This document shows, in pieces, positions 57,062 to 64,000 of a DNA stretch of 64,000 nucleotides; the first letter of the stretch is position 1, and each line of letters starts with the position of its first letter. Under the pieces are notes generated by a model. The model was not told where the DNA came from and ran no database searches. It saw only the letters and a list, made by a program, of their open reading frames with translations. The stretch lies in NCBI GenBank assembly GCA_050246015.1, contig JBFWWU010000008.1:71709-135708 (forward strand), written 5' to 3'. The translations under genes and the position numbers were made by a program. Origin of the DNA: Phycisphaerales bacterium. GTDB lineage: Bacteria > Planctomycetota > Phycisphaerae > Phycisphaerales > UBA1924.

Positions 57062-57721
57062 ATGGCTCCCCTGCACCTCCTCATCACCGCCGGACCCACC
57101 CACGAACCCATCGACCAGGTCCGCTTCATCGGCAACCGCTCTTCCGGACGTCTCGGCGTCGCGCTCGCCGACGAAGCCGCCCGCCGCGGCCACCGTGTCA
57201 CCCTCCTCCTCGGCCCCGTCGCGCTCCTCCCAGCCGACCCCGCCGTCTCTCTCCACCGTTTCCGAACCACAAGCGACTTGGACACGCTCATGTCGGCCCA
57301 CGTCCCCGCTTGCGATGCCCTCATCATGGCCGCCGCGGTCGCCGATTTCAGACCCAGGCTCCTCCAGCGCCCGGACGCCGCCGCCGGCAAAATCAAGCGC
57401 GGCGACCAGCCCCTTGTCCTGGAACTCGAACCCACCCCCGACCTGCTCGCCAAGGCCGCCTCGCTTCGCGCCACCAGCCAGTTGTTCGTCGGCTTCGCCC
57501 TCGAACCGCGCGATCGCCTGCGCGAGTCCGCCCTCTCCAAACTCGAACGCAAAGACCTCGACATGGTTGTCGCGAATCCTCTGGAAACCATGGATGCCGA
57601 CACCATCGATGCCACCGTCTTCTGCCGTGACGGTTCCAGCGTCCAAACGGACGGCCCCATCCTGAAATCCCAGTTTGCCGGCTGGCTTCTCGACGTCGTG
57701 CAAGCCGCGCGCCGCCGCTGA
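57062..57721 (+). CDS. coaB: phosphopantothenate--cysteine ligase (CoaB domain)
   Basis: LLITAGPTHEPIDQVRFIGNRSSGRLGVALADEAARRGHRVTLL, AAVADFRP..AAGKIKR. Dfp C-terminal (CoaB) domain only, ~220 aa. Confidence 0.7.
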   Translation: MAPLHLLITAGPTHEPIDQVRFIGNRSSGRLGVALADEAARRGHRVTLLLGPVALLPADPAVSLHRFRTTSDLDTLMSAHVPACDALIMAAAVADFRPRLLQRPDAAAGKIKRGDQPLVLELEPTPDLLAKAASLRATSQLFVGFALEPRDRLRESALSKLERKDLDMVVANPLETMDADTIDATVFCRDGSSVQTDGPILKSQFAGWLLDVVQAARRR

Positions 57722-57830
57722 CCCGCGCCTGCGAACGCACAGCGAACGACTTTTCGCGAATCTCTCGCCTGTTCGCCGTCGAAAACCGGTACACTGCGCC
57801 TCTGGGTCCGGGGGCTCTCGCTAGATCATC

Positions 57831-58607
57831 ATGAGCGACGTTCTCCCCACGCCATTGCCTCAGCGGCGCGCGTACCGCTACTACGACCTGGTCATGGCCG
57901 GCTTTGTCACCGTCCTGCTCTGCTCCAACCTCATCGGGCCCGGAAAATCCTGCGCCATCGACCTGGGCGTCGGCATCGTGCCCGACTTCAAGAGCGGCGA
58001 GGGGCTCGTCTTCTCTTCCCTGCTCGTCTTTGGAGCCGGGAACATCTTTTTCCCCATCAGTTACATCTTCGGCGATGTCCTCACCGAGGTCTACGGCTAC
58101 GCGCGGGCCCGCAAAGTCATCTGGGCCGGGTTCGGCGCCATGATCTTCGCCACCATCATGTCGCAGGTCATCATCGCCCTGCCCATCAACCACGCCGAGC
58201 CCTACAACCAGGTCATCGTCCCCGCCATTGAAACCGTTTTCGGGAACACCTGGCGCATCGTCGTCGCGTCCATGCTCGCCTTCTGGGTCGGCGACTTCGC
58301 CAACAGTTTCGTCCTGGCCAAGATGAAAGTTCTCACGCGCGGGCGCTTCCTGTGGACACGCACCATCGGCTCCACCATCGTCGGCCAGGGCGTGGACAGC
58401 ATGCTCTTCTACCCCATCGCTTTCGCGGGAATCTGGGATAGCCAGACGCTCCTGAAAGTTTCCATTTTCAACTGGATTTTTAAGGTTTTGATTGAAGTCG
58501 TGATGACTCCGGCCACATACTGGCTCTGCAACCGCCTCAAACGCGCCGAGCATGAAGATTTTTACGACCTCAAGACCAACTTCACGCCGTTTTCGTTGAA
58601 AGACTAA
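57831..58607 (+). CDS. YhhQ/DUF165-family queuosine-precursor transporter
   Basis: FFPISYIFGDVLTEVYGYARARKVIWAGF...VGQGVDSMLFYPIAF is the YhhQ family signature. 6 TMs. Confidence 0.65.
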   Translation: MSDVLPTPLPQRRAYRYYDLVMAGFVTVLLCSNLIGPGKSCAIDLGVGIVPDFKSGEGLVFSSLLVFGAGNIFFPISYIFGDVLTEVYGYARARKVIWAGFGAMIFATIMSQVIIALPINHAEPYNQVIVPAIETVFGNTWRIVVASMLAFWVGDFANSFVLAKMKVLTRGRFLWTRTIGSTIVGQGVDSMLFYPIAFAGIWDSQTLLKVSIFNWIFKVLIEVVMTPATYWLCNRLKRAEHEDFYDLKTNFTPFSLKD

Positions 58608-58978
58608 CCGCGGCGTCCGCCCCGATCGCATTGAACTGAGCGTCACCAGACATTGTGACCATCGAGAGTGGTGATTCTCAGCCAATCGCGGATTCCGCTG
58701 CAACACGTTTCGCGCCCGTCCGTTCTCCTTCTGACTGAGTTCTCTCGCGTGCATGACTGGCCGATAACATCAAGATTGCGTTCACGGACATCGGTCGTGG
58801 AAACAGAACGACTTGGCGCGGTACGATTGCGCCATGTCGGCCCATGGGCCTTAAGCCCCACACCCCATCGGTCGATGCAACCACAGGCAGCCGGGAAACG
58901 AACTGGAAGGGTGTCGCCCTGTTCTGTCATGGGCGACATGCTTCTCGGGCGATTCTCGCCAATCGAAGGTAACCGATC

Positions 58979-59938
58979 GTGCGTGCACTGAAGGTTTCGG
59001 TCACAACCGCTCGCGGCGAGCTGCAGACAGGGCTGCAACTCTACCTGAAGCAGATCAACGAAACCCCGCTCTTGTCGGCCGACGAGGAGAAGCAACTCGG
59101 CTGGTCCATCATCAACGACAACTGCCCCGCCGCCCGCGAGCGCATGATCCGCGCCAACCTCCGCCTGGTCGTCTCCATCGCCAAGAACTACGTCAACCGC
59201 GGCCTGGCCCTCCAGGACCTGATCGAAGAAGGCAACGTCGGCCTCCTGCGCGCCGTCGAAGGGTTCGACCCGGCCCAGGGCGCGCGGTTCAGCACCTACG
59301 CGTCGTGGTGGATCAAGCAGGCCATCAAGCGCGCGCTCATCAACGCCGTGCAGCCGATCCACGTCCCGGCGTACATGGTCGAACTCATCGCGAAGTGGAA
59401 GCAATCCTCCCAGAAACTCGAAAAGGGACTGGGGCGCCAGCCGACGCTGCAGGAACTCGCCGACGAGATGCAGATGCCGCTCAAGAAGATGCGCATCATC
59501 AAGCGCGCGGTCAAGGCCTTCCGCTCCCCGGCGCAGGCCCCGCTCGACGAAAGCGGCGAGGTGATGAACCTGGGCGACCTCCTGGCCGACGAACGCAACG
59601 GCACCCCCGAAGACTGCATCTTCAAGGACGACGAACTCCGCACCATCTGGCGCCTCCTCGACGCGATCGACGAGCGCGAGGCGCGCATCCTCCGCCTCCG
59701 GTTCGGGCTCGACGGGCAGGAGCCGCTGACGCTCAAGCAGATCTCGGATGAAATCGGCATCAGCCGCGAGCGGGTGCGCCAGATCGCCGACGAAGCCCTC
59801 GCCAAACTCAACGCCCAGGTCAACGACGACCAGCCCAGCCGGTTCTTCCGCGAGAACCGGGCCGCGCTGCTGGACGACGGCGAAGAGAACCACCCGAAGC
59901 GCGCGCCCAAGCGCCGCGTCCGCCGCATGGCGGGCTGA
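58979..59938 (+). CDS. RNA polymerase sigma-70 family sigma factor (regions 1.2-4; RpoD-like alternative sigma)
   Basis: GTG start. Region 2: [56 protein letters not shown]. Region 4.2: [28 protein letters not shown]. Confidence 0.8.
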   Translation: MRALKVSVTTARGELQTGLQLYLKQINETPLLSADEEKQLGWSIINDNCPAARERMIRANLRLVVSIAKNYVNRGLALQDLIEEGNVGLLRAVEGFDPAQGARFSTYASWWIKQAIKRALINAVQPIHVPAYMVELIAKWKQSSQKLEKGLGRQPTLQELADEMQMPLKKMRIIKRAVKAFRSPAQAPLDESGEVMNLGDLLADERNGTPEDCIFKDDELRTIWRLLDAIDEREARILRLRFGLDGQEPLTLKQISDEIGISRERVRQIADEALAKLNAQVNDDQPSRFFRENRAALLDDGEENHPKRAPKRRVRRMAG

Positions 59939-60192
59939 GCGCCCCGGACCACATTCCCTCCCCCCCGACCTTGACCTACGCCCGCGTGCCGAACGCAAGG
60001 CGCGTGTGCTACCGCGCTGGCCGCGGACTCTGGGTAACACCCCTGTAACTCCCCCCATCGACGCGGCGACCGGGATACCCGTTCACCTTCCTCGTGGTAT
60101 AACTGTGCGCCGCCGACGCGAAACGCCGAGGGAACTCCCGTACGCTTGCGACGATCGGCTCGCCGACTTCAACCCGACGGAGGTTCCTGCGC

Positions 60193-63012
60193 ATGGCACT
60201 GGCCACTCACCTGCCGCCCGCTTCGACTGATCCGGCTCCGCGCACGGGCACGAATCGACTTGCACGCCGCGCCGCTCACCTGCTACTCGCGGTCGGCGCC
60301 GGCGTGGCGCTCATCGGCGTCCAGCAGTCCGCGCTGGCGCAGGAAACCGGGGAGAAGAAACAGCCCGACGCGCCCCCAGCGCAGCAGCCTCAGCCGCAGC
60401 CGACCACCCCCACCTCCAAGCCCGTGACGCCCGCGGGCAAGCCCCTGGCTCCTCAAACTCCGCCCACCACCCGGCCCGCCGCGTCCCCTTCGCACACCCC
60501 CGCGCAGCCCGAGTCCTCTCGACCGCTTCCGCCACCCGAGCCCGACGAGAACCACTGGGTATTGAACCTCACCGGCGAAGTCAGCCTCGCGAACCTGATC
60601 CGCGAGGTCCAGCGTGATATGAACATCCAGATCCTCTTCGCCGACGCCGGCGTGCAGGATCAGAAGGTCGTGCTGACCGCCCCGCTCAAGATCCGCAAAG
60701 AGCAGATGCTCGACTTCATCAGCCGGCTGCTGGATTCAAAGGGGTACACCCTCCTCAAGGACGACCTTGGGATCTACACCGTCACGCCCACCACCTCGGG
60801 CCAGATCGCCGGCGGCGGCGTCGCGAGTCCTGACCCCTACACCCCCACCCAGGTCATCGACTGCAAGGGAATCAAGCCCAGTTCCGTCGTGAACCTCGTC
60901 CCCGCGCTGGGCGCCGGCGGCGCGGGCGGGCAGATCGTCCCCCTCGACGAGTTCGGCGTGCTCATCGTCACCGACACCTCCGCACGCACCAAGTTGATCC
61001 GAGATTTCGTCAACCAACTCGTCTCGCTCCGCAACGGCACCGAGATCATCCCCCTCGACGTCGCGTACGTCTCCGCCGCCACCGCGCGCGACCGCATGCT
61101 CGCCCTCACCGGCGAGGCCTCGCCCGGGTCGTCCGCCTCGGGCCCCGCTCAGGTCCCCGGCGGAGTGGTGAACAAGCCCGGCGCCGTCCCCGTCCCGGGC
61201 ACCATCACCGGCGCCACCACGACCTCCAACCTAGCCGCCCAACTCTCCGTCAGCCCCTTTTCCAACGCGCTCTTCTTCAAGGGCCGGCCCGAGGAACTCC
61301 CCTATGTCCGGCAACTCCTCGCGCTGGTCGATGTTCCCAACCGCATGAAGGCCGAGTGGTACGACATCGGCATGCGCGCCGCCGAGATCATCTCTGCCAT
61401 GGGCGTCCGCGAAGGCCTGGGCGAAGTCACCGTGCAGGAGGCCTCGTCCGACCCCGCGTCCCCTCTGGCGTCGTCCGGGACACGCCTGAACCAGCCCAGC
61501 ACGTCGCTCCAGCCCGGGGGCCTCATCGGGTCGCAGCAGCAGCCCTCCGGCCTCGCCGGCGCGGGCTTCGTCATCTTCCCCGAGCCCGGCGGATTCATGT
61601 ACTACGGCACCGTCGAGCAGCACGCCCGCGTCAAAGAACTGATCGATGGCAACAAGATGCTCACCGTCGGCGAGCAGATCGTCTACAAGTTCTACAAACT
61701 CAAGAACACCAAGGCCGTCGAGGTCGCCGACATCATCTCCGCCCTCGTCAACAACCAGCAGCCGATCGGCAACACGGGGAACATCATCGGCAACGACCTG
61801 AGCCGCGGGAACTCGTCGCGCAGCCGCAGCAGTTCGTCACGCAGCCGCGGCAGCCGAACACAGGATCCCAACCAGGCCAATCAACCCGGGCGAGTCAGCC
61901 CCTCCGGTACGGCCGGTGGTATCGGGGGCATCGAAGCCGGCGAAGACACCTTCGTCATGCCCGACGAGAAGCAGAACCAGATCATCGTCAAGACCCGCGC
62001 AGCCCTCCAACCCGAGTTCGCCAAACTCATCGAGAAACTCGATGCCCGTCGCCCGCAGGTCTATATCGAGGCCCAGATCGTCGCCGTCACCGACAACCAG
62101 AACTCGCGCCTCGCGATCGAGACGCAGTTGTTCGCCGGCCAGTTCGGCCTGAACACCAACTTCGGCCTGGGCACGCTCAACAACTTCCTGGACCGCAAGA
62201 ACGTCTCAACCAGCCTCCCCGCGCTGACCGCCGCGATCATCCAGAGCGACAAGGTCCCGTTCATCATCACGGCCCTTCAGAACAACACCGACGGGCGCGT
62301 GCTCGCGACGCCGCAGTTGCTTGTTGACGACAACGAGCCCGCCACCGTCACCAGCGACACGATCGTGCAGACGCAAGTGACGACGACGATCGACTCGCAG
62401 CCGCAGGTCTCCGTCGGCGAGCCCGTCTCCGCGGGCACGGAACTCACCGTCACCCCGCAGATATCGGAGAACGCCGTCAAACTCGAAGTGTTCGTGCGCC
62501 AGTCGGCGTTCATCGGGTCCGGCACGGCGACGCTCCCGCCTGATCAGCAGGAGAACATCATCGACACCGGATCGGTCACCGTCCCCCGCGACGCGACCAT
62601 CGTGATCGGCGGACTCAGCACCGAGAACATCGGCAAGACGGTCGTGAAGGTGCCGCTGCTGGGCGACATCCCGCTCGTCGGGCTGCTCTTCCGCGATACA
62701 ACCAATACCAGGCAGCGCACGAAGTTGTACGTGTTCATCACGCCGCGAATCATGCGCGATCAGAACTTCATGGACGCGCGCCTGCTCTCTCAGGGCCCGG
62801 CCCGCGAGGCCAGCATCCAGAGCGAGTTCATCCTCCCCGCCCCCGAACTCTTGACCTCCCCGAACGCCATGCCCCCCGGCCCCCCCACCCCCCCCGCTGT
62901 CGCGCCGTCGGGTTCGGGCACGCCCGGCGCTGGGCCCGAGACATCCTCCAGCGGCTCACCCATCCCCCCGCCGCAGCCGATCGGCGCTGAAATCGAGAAG
63001 AACAAGCCGTAA
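60193..63012 (+). CDS. gspD: type II secretion system secretin GspD (large, with low-complexity inserts)
   Basis: Signal peptide. N0-N3 domains (NLTGEVSLANLIREVQRDMNIQILFAD...). C-terminal secretin core: ATIVIGGLSTENIGKTVVKVPLLGDIPLVGLLFRDTTNTRQRTKLYVFITPRIM. Followed by gspE. Confidence 0.8.
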   Translation: MALATHLPPASTDPAPRTGTNRLARRAAHLLLAVGAGVALIGVQQSALAQETGEKKQPDAPPAQQPQPQPTTPTSKPVTPAGKPLAPQTPPTTRPAASPSHTPAQPESSRPLPPPEPDENHWVLNLTGEVSLANLIREVQRDMNIQILFADAGVQDQKVVLTAPLKIRKEQMLDFISRLLDSKGYTLLKDDLGIYTVTPTTSGQIAGGGVASPDPYTPTQVIDCKGIKPSSVVNLVPALGAGGAGGQIVPLDEFGVLIVTDTSARTKLIRDFVNQLVSLRNGTEIIPLDVAYVSAATARDRMLALTGEASPGSSASGPAQVPGGVVNKPGAVPVPGTITGATTTSNLAAQLSVSPFSNALFFKGRPEELPYVRQLLALVDVPNRMKAEWYDIGMRAAEIISAMGVREGLGEVTVQEASSDPASPLASSGTRLNQPSTSLQPGGLIGSQQQPSGLAGAGFVIFPEPGGFMYYGTVEQHARVKELIDGNKMLTVGEQIVYKFYKLKNTKAVEVADIISALVNNQQPIGNTGNIIGNDLSRGNSSRSRSSSSRSRGSRTQDPNQANQPGRVSPSGTAGGIGGIEAGEDTFVMPDEKQNQIIVKTRAALQPEFAKLIEKLDARRPQVYIEAQIVAVTDNQNSRLAIETQLFAGQFGLNTNFGLGTLNNFLDRKNVSTSLPALTAAIIQSDKVPFIITALQNNTDGRVLATPQLLVDDNEPATVTSDTIVQTQVTTTIDSQPQVSVGEPVSAGTELTVTPQISENAVKLEVFVRQSAFIGSGTATLPPDQQENIIDTGSVTVPRDATIVIGGLSTENIGKTVVKVPLLGDIPLVGLLFRDTTNTRQRTKLYVFITPRIMRDQNFMDARLLSQGPAREASIQSEFILPAPELLTSPNAMPPGPPTPPAVAPSGSGTPGAGPETSSSGSPIPPPQPIGAEIEKNKP

Positions 63013-63055
63013 CCTGCGTCGCCGCTACTTTTCGGTCGCACTACGCTCTGCGTGC

Positions 63056-64000
63056 ATGGCTCGAAAACTCCTCCCAACCCGCGCGAATGGTTCATCGGGC
63101 GCCAGGCCCGCCGACGCCCCCGATGCCGGCGCGATCGTCGCGACGGACTGGACCCGGCTCGCGTCGCGGTTCGGGTCGCTGGATATCCGGCCCGAGCAAC
63201 TGCGCTCGTTCCAGCAGTTGCCGGGCTCGGATGAAGAGCCGTGGGACGTCATGCTCTCGATGCTGGCGCTGGACGAGCAGACGGGGCTCGCCAAACTCGC
63301 CGAGCGCACGGGCCTGGCGCTGGAGCCCGAGCCCCGGCTGGAAGAATCGGCCTCGAAGTTCTACGAGGTCGTCCCGCCGAACGTCGCCCGGGAACGGCTC
63401 GTGGCCGGGATCTCGTCGGCCGAGGGCGTGATGAAGGTCGCGACCGCCCAGCCGATGCAGCCGACGGTCTTTGCGCAACTCGAAGAGCGTCTGGGGATGC
63501 CGATCCAACTCGTGCTCTCACCGCGCGGCGCGGTGGTGAACATCATCAACCGCGGGTACGAGCAGAAGCAGGACCTGGTCACCGAGATTGTCGAGGAGAT
63601 GCCGCTGGACATGTCGGCGATCGAGTCCGCCGCCGGGTCCATCCGCAACGCCACCGACCTGCTCCAACTGGCGCGCCAGACCCCTGTCATCCGTCTGGTC
63701 AACATGATCCTGTTCGAGGCACTGCGCCGCCGCGCCAGCGACATCCACGTTCACCCGATGGAAACGAAGCTGATCATCCGTTTCCGCATCGACGGGATGC
63801 TGGTGGATGCGTTCAACCCGCCCTTGAGCCTCGCGCCGGCGATCTCGTCGCGCCTGAAGGTCATGACCGAACTCGATATCGCCAACCGGCACTCGCCACA
63901 GGACGGGCACTCGACGGTCCGCGTCGGCACCCGGAAGGTGGATATCCGCCTGTCGGTCATCCCCACGGTCTACGGCGAGCGCATCGTCCTGCGCATGCTC
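63056..64000 (+). CDS. gspE: type II secretion system ATPase GspE, N-terminal part (continues beyond window end)
   Basis: N1E/N2E domains, then LLQLARQTPVIRLVNMILFEALRRRASDIHVHP...IRFRIDGML...HSPQDGHSTVRVGTRKVDIRLSVIPTVYGERIVLRML, the canonical GspE/PilB N-terminal region. Confidence 0.8.
   Translation, partial: MARKLLPTRANGSSGARPADAPDAGAIVATDWTRLASRFGSLDIRPEQLRSFQQLPGSDEEPWDVMLSMLALDEQTGLAKLAERTGLALEPEPRLEESASKFYEVVPPNVARERLVAGISSAEGVMKVATAQPMQPTVFAQLEERLGMPIQLVLSPRGAVVNIINRGYEQKQDLVTEIVEEMPLDMSAIESAAGSIRNATDLLQLARQTPVIRLVNMILFEALRRRASDIHVHPMETKLIIRFRIDGMLVDAFNPPLSLAPAISSRLKVMTELDIANRHSPQDGHSTVRVGTRKVDIRLSVIPTVYGERIVLRML

Overview
This is a high-GC (about 67-70%) bacterial chromosomal segment. 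The gene content points to Planctomycetota-like biology: FHA-domain kinases, a dockerin-like module, a PEP-CTERM protease, a large GspD secretin, flagellar genes, and classical operon partners dispersed across the genome. I can support about 58 protein-coding genes, two tRNAs (Ile-GAT, Pro-TGG), several rho-independent terminators, an ArsR operator/promoter, one gene remnant and one IS transposase fragment at the left edge.

The main blocks are as follows.
- **Left-edge rearrangement scar:** a truncated transposase, a gnd-like remnant, and modAB without modC.
- **Complete Bat (aerotolerance) operon**, 4108..13650 on the minus strand: moxR, DUF58, a membrane protein, then batA-E.
- **Housekeeping genes:** rlmN, ftsH, pheS, ppk1, queD, ispD, phr, cdsA, holB, coaB.
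- **Envelope/secretion genes:**
  - LptE-/BamD-like lipoproteins.
  - A choice-of-anchor/LVIVD protein with a dockerin-like tail.
  - An S8 protease with PEP-CTERM.
  - gspD-gspE.
- **Motility genes:** a giant fliD plus fliS.

The most unusual unexplained structure is a near-perfect 2 x 190 bp tandem duplication of a hairpin-rich, promoter-bearing non-coding unit immediately upstream of coaB. A TACACT -10-like hexamer also recurs 7-9 nt upstream of several start codons, which suggests leaderless transcripts. Many long ORFs in the six-frame track are antisense high-GC artefacts and were rejected.
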